A stretch of 41,352 bases of DNA from Eledone cirrhosa (taxonomy: Eukaryota). The stretch's first letter is position 1. Each line of letters begins with the position of its first letter. The position numbers and the translations under genes were made by a program. Under the pieces are notes generated by a model. It did not search any database. It saw only the letters and a list, made by a program, of their open reading frames with translations, and had not been told where the DNA came from. The DNA lies in contig CAXHJY010000405.1 in the NCBI GenBank assembly GCA_964016885.1, positions 1-41,352 of the forward strand. Reading direction: 5' to 3'. Positions 1-12,726 of the stretch are shown here, piece after piece.

Positions 1-30
1 TATATATATATATATATATATTATTATATA

Positions 31-210
31 TAATTGTTTCTACAAGGCCAGCAATTACCCAGTGCATTACTGGTACTTTATTTTATCGACCCCGTCAGGA
101 TGAAAGGCAAAGTCAACCTCGGCGGGATTTGAACTCAGATCGTAAAGGGACGTAACTATGCTGGAAAGCATGGCGTCCTACCCTCTACCGGTACTGCCAA
201 TCCACCGCCC
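31..210 (-). mobile_element. tRNA-derived SINE, family A, full-length copy
   Basis: The reverse complement matches the copies at 4137, 19538 and 23744. It has an A-box-like TGGCAGTA, a B-box GAGTTCAAATCC, a central CTTTGCCTTTCATCCT..GGGGTCGATAAAATAAAGTACCAG (resembles the Meta-SINE central domain, from memory) and a 3' GTAGAAACAATTA. Confidence 0.9.
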
Positions 211-284
211 TTATATATATATATAATTTTGAGCGTACACAGCAATAGTTTCACCTGTCTATGTGATATCACTAATAGTATATA

Positions 285-544
285 TCATTCATCACAGCGA
301 CAACAATGTCAGAGACTGTATCATCGTCATCATCACGATCATCTTCATCATAACCATCAACACCATTTTCGTCATCACCATCATCATCATCATCATAACC
401 ATCACCACCATTTTTATCATAGCCATCACGATCGCCATCATCACTATCAGCATCACCATCATCATCGTCCTGACTATTACCATAACCATCATTATCGTCA
501 ATGTCATCATTGTCATGACTATCAGCATCAGCATCATCATCACC

Positions 545-578
<34 letters not shown>

Positions 579-590
579 TCAGCAACATCA
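285..590. repeat. degenerate (CAT)n/(CAC)n trinucleotide microsatellite
   Basis: Visible CATCATCAC runs; these explain the poly-H/I/D/M ORFs in four frames. Confidence 0.95.
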
Positions 591-807
591 GTATTCCGTA
601 TGCAGTCAAATTTCATAGCACACTTTGAGTATTACTCCGAATATAATGACAGCTGTCTATTCTGCTATGGAAGCTTTTCAGAACAGATGAAGTGTCGCAT
701 ATAAATATATGTTGACTTAAAGTTTCTATTTATTTACTAGATATTATTAGCTTTCAGAAAACGTTAGTATTATAACTACAAAATTGCTTCTATGTATCCA
801 AATCTTA

Positions 808-1075
808 AGTTTGTCTTGATCTCTGTGGCTCATCAGACGGATGCTTAACCCAGGTGTTCGCGGACGTCAAACAGCTGATAACACACAATTTCCTCCTGAA
901 CAGGACGCTAGTCCCTCGCCGAGTTAATACCACAGCTATAGTTTGTATCGTTTTCTGTTGAATATACTAGAGCAAACGCGAAAGGAATAGTTTTGTTGAA
1001 GGCGCAATGTCTGAAACATTCTAGGAATCGAACCCATGACACTAGGATCGTACGCTTTCACAATTGCATTAACGC
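808..1075 (-). mobile_element. diverged tRNA-derived SINE related to family B
   Basis: The minus strand has a B-box GGGTTCGATTCC (about 1023-1035). It is followed by TTGCGCCTTCAACAAAACTA..TTCGCGTTTGCTCTAG, similar to the family B core at 24385-24424, and then GGACTAGCGTCCTGTTCAGG. Confidence 0.6.
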
Positions 1076-1382
1076 GTATCATTTCTTATAAAAAAGGAAA
1101 TTGTATTTTTGTTTGCACCCTTGATCGCAAAGGTGTAGGTAAATATTCCATTCTATGCCCCAAATGGAAACTATGGGTCCCTAAAAGATCTAATGGAATC
1201 ACAGCCAAGCTATCTAAGAATGTAGATTTTATAATGTTCAGGTCCTTATAACACTTTACCATTAGGACACGCGTCGTCATGTTTCTATATACAGATTCTT
1301 TCCGAGGACACACAATTTATAACTACCAGTGAACTATATATCTGACCCTGGTTCCCGATCAAATGTATCTCGAGGTGTAGTT

Positions 1383-1483
1383 ACCTATAACTAATAGGGC
1401 CTCAAAGCATGAGGGGCCATATATATATATATATATATATACGTACATATTCATATACGTATATATTGTATATATATATATAA

Positions 1484-1537
<54 letters not shown>

Positions 1538-1613
1538 CATATATACGTACATATTTATATACGTACGTATATATATATGGCCCTCATGCTTTGAGACCCT
1601 TTGAGTTATAGGT
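1383..1613. repeat. ~38-bp inverted repeat enclosing a (TA)n-type spacer
   Basis: ACCTATAACTAATAGGGCCTCAAAGCATGAGGGGCCAT (1383-1420) versus ATGGCCCTCATGCTTTGAGACCCTTTGAGTTATAGGT (1577-1613). Confidence 0.9.
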
Positions 1614-1658
1614 GGACAGAACAAAGGAGAGGCACAAAAACAAAGAAAAGAATCCCCA

Positions 1659-1701
1659 GTCACTGAAGAGGTCACAGAATGAGTGACGAAAGAACTTTGA
1701 C
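1659..1701 (+). ncRNA. minimal type I hammerhead ribozyme motif
   Basis: Stem I GTCA/TGAC; core CTGAAGA (1663-1669); stem II GTCAC-AGAATGA-GTGAC with one extra G; GAAA (1688-1691); minimal stem III AG-AA-CT; CUU cleavage triplet. Confidence 0.72.
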
Positions 1702-1946
1702 AATATATGAACAATCGTCTGGTTCTGGAACCAACCAACCACCGGAAATTTATAAATTCCTAAATTTATAAATTTAATTTATAATCAATTGAAGTGAAAG
1801 CATGTGGTGCGTGTGTTTCCTATTGGCAACATGACCCTCCCAAAGTATAACAATATATATATATATATGCATAAACGTATATATTTATATACGTATGTAT
1901 ATATATATATATGAATACATATACGTACATATTTATATAGTATGTA

Positions 1947-2001
<55 letters not shown>

Positions 2002-2684
2002 GTGTGTGTAGTAATAATACCAACTGTTCCTATTGGCCTTCCATTTATACCTGAGGACAATTGGATTCGTGCGGCCATCTTTATTTTCCAAGAAATCACG
2101 TAAGGCATTAGTTTCGCAAAGCTTCATTTTGCAGGCAAGTTCGTCATTTGTTCGATATTTTTTTTCATCAATTTTAGCGTTAACTTTCTCTCCTCTGTTG
2201 TTTTGTTCGTCTTCTTTTCTTTTCGTTTTGATTATCATTTTCCTTTCCTTTCAAAGTGGGTGTCTGTATTATTTTTTTTTTTGTGAATTACTTTTTTTAG
2301 GGGTGGGGGTGAGGCGTTGTTTCTTTCTTCCATTGAAGATTTCTATCGCAGTGAAAATAATGCAAACTCCTCTCCTACTAACTGGTTGTATGCTATCAGC
2401 ATTTATTCACCCCGGCTTTACGTGTCAAATATCTGGGAAAAACACGCACCACTGTTACCTCTACTACGACTACTAACAATAACCTAAACTAATAAGAAAT
2501 TAATAATAATAATATTGATAATATTGCAAAGAATAATGGCAATAGTAATGGTGAGAATAAGAATAATAACAACAATATTGGGTCTCTAAAATGTTAAAAT
2601 GGTGTATTGAAGGAATACAGAAGCAGAACTTTACCAGAATAAGCTGCAAATTGTCTTCTAGTAGTAAATATATATATATATTAT

Positions 2685-2724
<40 letters not shown>

Positions 2725-2731
<7 letters not shown>

Positions 2732-3064
2732 GATATAAGTATTAATAAAATAGATGTTCTTTTGATCAATTACATTTTATTGTACATATTTCGGATGTAC
2801 AACAGTACGTCCTCATCAGACAAAATATAATGATACATGACATCTCAGGGTATGTCATGTATCATTATATTTTGTCTGATGAGGACGTACTGTTGTACAT
2901 CCGAAATATTATAATAAAATGTAATTGATCAAAAGAACATCTATTTTATTAATATTTATATTTTAATATTAAAAACTCCTGAAAATTATTTTACCGTTGA
3001 GTGCTTCCAATCTACTGTAAAACTCATTCTTTGACATAATCATCGAATATTGTTTAACAACTTA
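2725..3064 (+). mobile_element. Penelope-like fold-back pseudo-LTR remnant with hammerhead motifs on both arms
   Basis: Arms of ~118 bp (2725-2843 / 2852-2969) with an 8-nt loop. CTGATGA-GGACGTAC-TGTT-GTACATCC-GAAA lies at 2876-2906 (+) and is mirrored at 2789-2819 (-). A ~95-bp tail carries TTGAGTGC (2997). (TA)n lies on both sides. Confidence 0.8.
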
Positions 3065-3089
3065 ATATATATATATACATATGTACAAA

Positions 3090-3121
<32 letters not shown>

Positions 3122-3124
3122 CAC

Positions 3125-3252
<128 letters not shown>

Positions 3253-3638
3253 CATCTAATAAATAATTCGATTATTTAACCAAAGAAAAGGTTTTTGTTG
3301 CATATAAAGTGGATGTTCATAACATTTGCTGTGAAGGGCGCAAAAAAATATAGTTCCTTTTTTTTTTACAAAACAACGTACGCGTTAATGCAATTGTGAA
3401 AGTATTAAGGAGAACAGAGAAAAAAACCCACAAACAAATAAAGAAACATACGTAAAATACATTAAGAAAATGTAGAAATAACATGTTTTAAATATGCTTC
3501 CAATATTAAATAGCCTGGACTTAAAGCAACACGAGGATAGAAAAAAAGGCAATATAATACTATCTCGATTTACAAGATGAATCCCATACACATTACTTTA
3601 ACTCTTCGTCCATATTTATTGAAATTCAATTATCGAAG

Positions 3639-3677
<39 letters not shown>

Positions 3678-3916
3678 CAAGATTTAAAACTATTGTATAT
3701 GTATATATATATATATATATATATGCCTTTTTATCTTGTACTATGATGCAATATAAAAGAAATTATGATCACTTCGATAAAATTTAACATCAAATGCTGA
3801 TATATATATATATATATACATACATATACACACCAGAAGACTAGCTGTAAGTCTTCCGCTTCGGTAGTTCGCGGGCAATGTTCAGATAGACATATTTAGC
3901 GTTCTCTAAAATGCTC

Positions 3917-3980
<64 letters not shown>

Positions 3981-4136
3981 GGGTCAGAGAGAGAGCGATA
4001 GAGTATGATACACAGTTATATATATAGTCGAGCATAAGTCGAGGCCTTATGTGCAAAACATAAAGTGAGACTTAGATATTTCATTTATCCAGAACTTTAT
4101 TGAATCACAAAGAAGCAACATTATTTTATACAATTG

Positions 4137-4325
4137 GTGTGGATTGGCAGTATCGGTACAGAGTCGGACGCCATGCTTTCCAGCATAGTTACGTCCTCCC
4201 TTTACAGTCTGAGTTCAAATCCCGCCGAGGTTAACTTTGCCTTTCATCCTTACGGGGTCGATAAAATAAAGTACCAGTAATGTACTGGGTAATTGATGGC
4301 CTTGTGCCAAAAGTAGAAACAATTA
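4137..4325 (+). mobile_element. SINE family A copy with 12-bp target-site duplication
   Basis: Matches the family consensus; TTTATACAATTG occurs at 4125-4136 and at 4326-4337. Confidence 0.92.
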
Positions 4326-5289
4326 TTTATACAATTGTAAAGACACATTGGTCAAAGTCATCTCGACTGATATATTAAACAACATTGTGTTGGATAAGAC
4401 TAAGAGTGATATAACAAAACGTATGTCCAATTGGATCTGACTAGCGGCTAAAAATATTCCACAAACAAGGTGTTACATTCTATAATGGTACGGGGCAGAA
4501 TGAGCAAGGTTGACATGGAAGTAATACATAAAATAAAAACCAAAATATATAATGACAACAACAGCAATAACAACACCACAGTCAACAACTAATATTCTCA
4601 AAAGAATATCAAGAAGGCGACAAACAACAAGTACAACAGCAACAATAAAAGACAAAGAACAATGGAAAACAATGGAAAATATCGATATCAACGCCAACGA
4701 CACCAACAGCAAAACCTAATTCTCCAACAGTACAATTCAATTAGTTATATAAAATCCGTGAGATTTTGCCCCCAAAATCATTGGATTTTTGTAATTGCAT
4801 TTCCATTGTGTCAAAGAATATTCAATAATCTCGCCTTAATCATAATCTGTGTTAAGGTTTAGTTAGATTTAAGATGAAAGCAGATGAAAGCAGATGTTCA
4901 TTGCAATTACATTACCGTAGTTTTGCTAACAGGAAGAAAGGAATACAAGATTTCATCTTCAGATGTGTTTGTGTCTTCGCTGATCATGTGGTTTATAAAT
5001 CTTATACTTCGGTATCTGTATATCTGTATGGGTCTTTGTGGGGATATGTGTGTCTGTGAGTGAGTGTGTCTGTTTGTGTATATATTAATATATGTGTGTA
5101 TATGTCTGTGTTTGTGTATATGTTTGTATACAAACATATACACAAACACAGACATATATACATGTATGTATATACATATATGTATATACATGACGTATAT
5201 ACATGTACAGACGTATATACATGTATGTATACACATATATGTATATACATATATGTATATACACACACATATATATATATATATATTTA

Positions 5290-5390
5290 TTAAAATAACA
5301 GATTAAAGTTTAAGCAAAGAATCGCTGCTTTCACCCTTAAAGGGATCTTCTGCAACTTAGCGAGCCCTCTTTGGATTTTAGTCTTCAAAT
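5290..5390 (-). mobile_element. degenerate hammerhead-bearing Penelope-like remnant
   Basis: Minus strand CAGAAGA-T-CCCT-TTA-AGGG-T-GAAA (5329-5352), with one core substitution; lies between TA-rich tracts. Confidence 0.4.
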
Positions 5391-5547
5391 TTATTATTAT
5401 TACTATATACATATATATATTATGTGTGCGTATGTATATATATATATATGTATATATATGTATGTATATATATTTTTATTATGTGTTTGTTTATATATAT
5501 ATACATATATATATATATATAGATACAAACAGACACACACACACGCC

Positions 5548-5594
<47 letters not shown>

Positions 5595-5903
5595 CTAAAA
5601 CAGGCGCATATAATCATATAAAGGTAGGTAGCACTCTTACAGAAATGTTAAGCTGCTCTAAAGTATCATGTTAAGAAAATGAGTACATTTCGTTTATTAA
5701 ATGAGTACATTTCCTACATTAAAGCCCAGAAAATGGCGAGTATGTAGGTACGTGAACCGTCTGAGAATACTATCAAAATATTACTTGGCACAGATACACA
5801 TACTTCTGTCTCTCATTCGCCAGAGAACGTTCGATATTTTTCACGCCTTTAAATGAGTTCAAATGCTGAGATTCTCGATTCTAACACCTTCTGACACAAG
5901 CAC

Positions 5904-5973
<70 letters not shown>

Positions 5974-6003
5974 TGTAAACAAATTTATATAAATATATAT
6001 ATA

Positions 6004-6575
6004 TTATTTGTTAAAATAATCAATTTAAATTAATTCAACAGTTCAACACACAGGAATAATAGGTTGTTACCAATCACACGGTTAACAAGTCGACCCTGAA
6101 TATGACAAATAGCTCTAGGAAAGCCATGAATGACACTACATCTTTTAAACTTTTATTTTGAAAGTAGTTTTATAATAATTAATTTTTTTTATTATACTTT
6201 TGTCGCTGTCTCGGCGGCCAAGTTAGAGGAATCATAGGCGGTGGTGATCCTGGTCTGAAGTTCGATCCTGGTCGGAAGTAGAGTTCCTTTTTATTTTTTT
6301 TTCTATAAAGATAGAAAATAAAAACTGAAAAAGCTTACATGTACCTCTTGACCAGGATGTTCACCGTCTCTAGTAACTACTGCTAGGCCACAGAGACAGC
6401 TTCGAAACTCTACTGAAACTTCATACTTATAAACCTACTATCAAAGTTTTCAATACAAAATGATGTGGTGGCGTTCATTTCTTTCTTAAGGTTATTGCTC
6501 CTACTTGAGGTAGACTTCTAAATCATGTGGGTGTTCCATAAACTACATCCTCGTTTTGTTTCTCATATATCTATG
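6004..6575 (+). mobile_element. ~600-bp palindromic element with two convergent tRNA-like heads (family C), copy 1
   Basis: Homologous along its length to the reverse complement of 30098-30712. It has an internal imperfect inverted repeat, a B-box GTTCGATCC at 6260-6268 followed by T-runs, and TA-rich ends. Confidence 0.8.
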
Positions 6576-6751
6576 AAATATCTATAGAAATATGTACTTT
6601 TGGCATTTGGTATAATAAAATAACTGTATAAATATATATATAAATATATATCATCGTTCCTCGATCTTATGGACAGGAAAACATATGTAATATGTAATTT
6701 AATATGTATATGATGCCCCTTATATATTAATACTATATATTAATACTATAT

Positions 6752-6872
6752 GAAGGCGCATGGCTGAGTGGTTAGGGAATTGGATTCACAATCTTGAGGC
6801 CTTGTGAGTTCGAATTCTGGACCGTGTGATGCGTTATGTCCTTGAGCAAGACACTTTGTTTCACGTTGCTCC
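6752..6872 (+). mobile_element. tRNA-derived CORE-like SINE, family B, 3'-truncated
   Basis: A-box TGGCTGAGTGG, B-box GAGTTCGAATTC, then TGTCCTTGAGCAAGACACTTTGTTTCACGTTGCTC, which is shared with 24310-24480. Confidence 0.85.
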
Positions 6873-6967
6873 TTCTACCTGGAGTTGCGACCGATAGAGA
6901 GTATTAGCAACTGGAAAGACCGACGAAACATTGTTTCCTCGGTCCGATTTGACGAAAGTCGATCGAT

Positions 6968-7009
<42 letters not shown>

Positions 7010-7011
<2 letters not shown>

Positions 7012-7140
7012 TGTCGAAAAAGCCGGAGCTCAGCCGTCGGGGACCTGACTCTTTTTCTATTACCCACTCTACTACCCAAAGTGTCGAATACTCTGGTGCA
7101 TTATGATCCATCTGGTTTCTTGCCACATTTTCTTTGTTAT
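7010..7140 (+). mobile_element. Penelope-like pseudo-LTR fragment (3' half of hammerhead plus tail)
   Basis: GTCGAAAAAGCCGGAGCTCAGCCGTCGGGG matches the hammerhead 3' half at 32522-32551. The tail matches the reverse complement of 32206-32290. Flanked by (TA)n. Confidence 0.7.
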
Positions 7141-7260
7141 ATATACACACACACACACCACACACACATACACACACACACATACACCGCACACACACAC
7201 ACACACACTCTCACTCTCACTCACACTCACACTCACACTCTCACACACACACACACACAG

Positions 7261-7300
<40 letters not shown>

Positions 7301-7936
7301 TAATTTTATTACGGATAAATAGTGTGTCTTGTTACCTCTGGATTTTCGTCTTCTCCCTGAGCCATCAGACATCAGACATGTGCTTTCTATTTATCTCAGA
7401 CGGCTGTACACAATAATATCAGTTCGTTATCAAAGGTAAAGCCGTGCCCGCTTTCTCTAACGTAAAACACCGTGTATGATTCTCTTTGAAGTAGCAGTAA
7501 ACAATATCGAATGGTTTGTTTTAATGGGACATTGATTTTTAATATTTTAATATATTTACAATATATAATTTTGGTATATTCGCTAAAGAATTGCCAATAT
7601 AACTTTCTCTATGATTGTGGTATGAAAAATATTGATTTTGACGGGTGACGTTAGCCGCTTATTACTTTTATTACTATATTGTATATATAATATAATATAT
7701 AATATATATGTGTGTATGTGTGTGTGCGTGTTATGTATAGGTATATATGTATAGGTATATATGTATATATATATATGTATTTGTATATATGTATATATAT
7801 ATATATGTATTTGTATATATGTATATGTATATATACGTATATGTATATATATATGTATGTAAATATATATATGTAAATAAATATATATATGTAAATATAT
7901 ATATGTATTATATGTAGATATATTCATGTATCTCTC

Positions 7937-8064
<128 letters not shown>

Positions 8065-8420
8065 CGAGTGTGAGTCAGGTGTAAAATTTAATGTATATAT
8101 TTAACTATGGAAAAATATTTCATAGACACATAATATGGAGATGTAAGCATAGAGAAAGAGAGCGAGTGCAATAGTACAATAAATGTTTACATCATGCTTT
8201 AGTGTTGAGGTCGCTTTCAGACAATGTATAATTCAATTTCAACATATCGCTAAATGTTAAATAAACAATATATCCCGTGTTTCCCTTTTATAAATGAAAC
8301 CACAATTCGCGCTGTTCCTTTTCAGCCTACATCTACATATTTTAGCAGTTAAAATGAACAATTCTTCACACCCTGACAAGTCACGATGTGCATAATACAC
8401 TAACTTTTACAGTAATAATA

Positions 8421-8607
8421 ATTATTTCTACTTTGGCACAAGGGCAGCAACTAGCCAGTGTATTACTGGTACTTTATTTTATCGACCCCGTAAGGATGAA
8501 AGGCAAAGTTAACCTTGGCGGGATTTGAACTCGGACCATAAAGGGCCGTAACTCTATACTGCAAAGCATGGCGGTGCGACCCTCTACCGACACTGGCAAT
8601 CCACCGT
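8421..8607 (-). mobile_element. SINE family A copy
   Basis: The reverse complement matches the consensus; imperfect CAGTAA(A)TAATA flanks. Confidence 0.9.
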
Positions 8608-8625
8608 CAGTAAATAATAATGCTA

Positions 8626-8805
8626 ATTGTTTCTACCTTTGGGACCAGGCCAGCAATTGCCCCAGTGCATTACTGGTGCATTATTTAATCGACTGCGTAA
8701 GGATGAAAGACAAAGTTAAACTCCGTGGGATTTGAATTCAGAGCGTAAAGGGGTGTAACTCTATGTTGCAAATCCTCGTCTCTGACGCTCTACCGATACT
8801 GCCAA
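8626..8805 (-). mobile_element. SINE family A copy, more diverged, adjacent to the previous copy
   Basis: Same motifs with more substitutions. Confidence 0.85.
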
Positions 8806-9948
8806 TAATAATAATAATAATGACAACAATAATAACAACAATAATAAAAAAAGAAAAGGCAAACAAAAGAAAAAAGAATAGGAAAAATATAGAGAAAAAA
8901 AGTAAAAAGAAAGAAAAAATAACAGGAAGGGAATGGGATGGTAAGAACTCTACTAAATATTTACTGTAGGAATATCAGCCCAAGACCCTTCCCTTTTTTC
9001 TGTGGTCCTACAGTCCTTGTTTTTAGTTTCCTTTTCTTCTGATTTATGGCTTACATAGTCCATTCCTCTACTTCACCATACACCCAGATCTGCTCTTCCT
9101 TAACCCTTCCTCATTTACTCATTACTTAATGTTGGTTTAATATTTCTTTCTCATATTTATTTAGTAGTTATATTTCTCTATTCTGTCCGCCAGGGTCGTG
9201 TGGCATCAGCGCCTGGGACCCCAGTTTCTCATAATAGTGAGGGCGAAAGTAAAATGTCAGATTGAGAGAGGATTTATGAATGTTGTAGCGACATTTCTGG
9301 TGCAAATTAACGCCAAAAAATATGAACAGGAGTAAGTGCAACCTCTACCATGAATTTCGATAAATTTCAAAAACGTGTTCACTGTTACAAATCAAATAAT
9401 AATAGATTCTTCTCCTTGCATAGCTTTACATATTTTACTGGGAAAATATGTAAAGTTATTCACCACATCCTAACAAATATTTTATTTGTCATGCGGTTAA
9501 TAAAAAGTATTTACTTTAAAAATGTCCAATATAGTGAGGTATCAAAGTTTGTTGGAATATTTATAAAATGACTTAACGCCAGGAATATGGATAATTAAAA
9601 TTGTAGCAAGGACGTTGTTAATATAAGACTCATATAAATGATTCATTTATATTGTAAGTGGTCTGAAGGACTTTTGTTCGTTTTCTCTTCTAATTTATTA
9701 CCTATAATCATTTATATATTATACTCAGAGAACAATTTATAGACACATACACAGGGAGGTAACTATAAGTACATACACAAGCACATACATACACATACAT
9801 ACACAGGAATACGATTATGTATATTAGCAATCAAAATGATTGAATTATTGCAGGAATATCGAATTGAAAGAAATATATGACACAGAATTGAGCAATCATT
9901 TCATATACATATGCACAGATATATATGGACATATATCTTTACAGATCT

Positions 9949-9949
<1 letters not shown>

Positions 9950-10031
<82 letters not shown>

Positions 10032-10086
10032 TATATATATATATATACTATATATATATATATACTATATATATATATATATATAC

Positions 10087-10118
<32 letters not shown>

Positions 10119-10233
10119 CTATATATATATATATATACTATATATATATATATAATACTATATATATATACTATATATATACTATATACTATATATATAC
10201 TATATACTATATATATACTATATATATATATAC

Positions 10234-10268
<35 letters not shown>

Positions 10269-10451
10269 GTATATATATATATACTATATATATATATATA
10301 TACTATATATATATATATACTATATATATATATATACTGTATATATATATATACTGTATATATATATATACTATATATATATATATACTATATATATATA
10401 TATACTATATATATATATATACTATATATATATATACTATATATATATATA

Positions 10452-10485
<34 letters not shown>

Positions 10486-10512
10486 TATATATATATATAT
10501 ATATTTATATAT
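9950..10512. repeat. (TA)n array punctuated by C (TATACTATA)
   Basis: Read directly from the sequence. Confidence 0.95.
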
Positions 10513-10513
10513 T

Positions 10514-10744
10514 AAGTAAGAATATTTTCGAAACAACGAGTGGATTTGAAATTATTAGAAATGTGAGCTATCGCCGTATTTTGACTAAAGAAATTAAAGA
10601 AATTATTTAGCCTGATAGTGGGGTTAAGAACCCTCGGAGAAATGGAAAAGATGAGTATTGACGTACATATACGTCAATACTCATCTTTTTCCATTTCTCC
10701 GTGGGTTCTTAACCCCACTATCAGGCTAAATAATTTGTTTAATA
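10514..10744. mobile_element. fold-back element (~72-bp arms) with an ~80-bp unpaired tail, inside (TA)n
   Basis: ATTAAAGAAATTATTTAGCCTGATAGTGGGGTTAAGAACC...GACGTA-CATA-TACGTC...GGTTCTTAACCCCACTATCAGGCTAAATAATTTGTTTAAT. The architecture matches the hammerhead fold-backs, but there is no canonical core. Confidence 0.65.
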
Positions 10745-11045
10745 TTTATATGTAATATATATATATATTTATATTTGTATTATATATATATTGTATATAT
10801 ATATATTTATATTTGTATTATATATATATTGTATATATATATATTTATATATTTATATATGTATTATATATATATTTTATATGGATATATATATATATAT
10901 ATTATATATATATATATATTTATATATATATTATATATATAATTGTATATGGATATATATATATATATATTATATATATAATTGTATATGGATATATATA
11001 TATATATATATATTTATATATGTATTATATATATATTGTATATGC

Positions 11046-11077
<32 letters not shown>

Positions 11078-11098
11078 GTATTATATATATATTGTATA

Positions 11099-11133
<35 letters not shown>

Positions 11134-11134
11134 T

Positions 11135-11169
<35 letters not shown>

Positions 11170-11255
11170 ATATATATATTTGTGTGTAATATTTATATTA
11201 CAACACAACGGAAAATACTGTATATTTATATATATATATATATATTTGTATATGC

Positions 11256-11325
<70 letters not shown>

Positions 11326-11490
11326 ATATGTATGTATATATATATATTTATATATATATATATTTATATATATATATATTTATATATTTATATATATATA
11401 TATATATCTATATATATATATATATCTATATATATATATATTTATATATTTATATATATATATATTTATATATTTACATATATATATATT

Positions 11491-11523
<33 letters not shown>

Positions 11524-11546
11524 ATATATTTATATATTTATATATT

Positions 11547-11603
<57 letters not shown>

Positions 11604-11684
11604 TTATATATTTATATATATATTTATATATTTATATATATTTATATATATATATATTTATATATATATATATTTATATATATT

Positions 11685-11739
<55 letters not shown>

Positions 11740-11765
11740 TATATATATATATATTTATATATATT

Positions 11766-11796
<31 letters not shown>

Positions 11797-12066
11797 ATTT
11801 ATATATATTTATATATATATATATATTATATATATATATTTATATATATTTATATATATATATATATTATATATATATATTATATATATATATTATATAT
11901 ATTTATATATATATATATATTATACATATATATTTATATATTTATATATATATAATATATTATATATATATATTTATATATATTTATATATATATATATA
12001 TTATATATATATATTATATATATTTATATATATATATATATATTATATATATATATTATATATATT

Positions 12067-12098
<32 letters not shown>

Positions 12099-12345
12099 AT
12101 TATATATATTTATATATATATTTATATATATATAATTATATATATTTATATATATATTTATATATTATATATATATATTATATATATTTATATATATATT
12201 TATATATTATATATATATATTATATATATTTATATATATATTTATATATTATATATATATATTATATATATTTATATATATTTAAATATATATTATATAT
12301 ATATTTAAATATATATTATATATGGATATATTATATATATATATA
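10745..12345. repeat. long (TA)n array punctuated by TT/TTT
   Basis: Read directly from the sequence. Confidence 0.95.
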
Positions 12346-12643
12346 AAACGTAGAAATATAAATATAACATTAGGTTGAATATGTACCTATGTAAATGGGG
12401 ACGCTTTTTTGTATGAACGCATTTTATCATTGATGAGGATATAGAGCAGTGACGTCTAGTTACCCAGATTTAATATGATTGATTGAAAAAAAATTAAATC
12501 GGATATATGATCTATATTTTGAGGTAATAAAATATAGCATCCCCTAGACAGACAGGTTCATCAGATACACTCACACACACATATATATATAAATGTATAT
12601 ACATGTATATATATAATATTTATATACACACACACACAAACAC

Positions 12644-12675
<32 letters not shown>

Positions 12676-12726
12676 GTATATAAATTATATATATATGTAT
12701 ATAAATAAATATATATATATATATAT

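Noticed and set aside
229-628. His-rich, Asp-rich and Ile-rich ORFs
   Set aside because: Overlapping frames of a (CAT)n repeat, with no splice or domain support.
2051-2106. Hammerhead-like CTGAGGA...TTGGA/TCCAA-GAAA
   Set aside because: There are three extra nucleotides before stem II, no adjacent stem I and no stem III; probably chance.
6205-6280. Functional tRNA gene
   Set aside because: A/B-box-like motifs are present, but T-stem and acceptor-stem pairing fail. The SINE heads are likewise tRNA-derived only.
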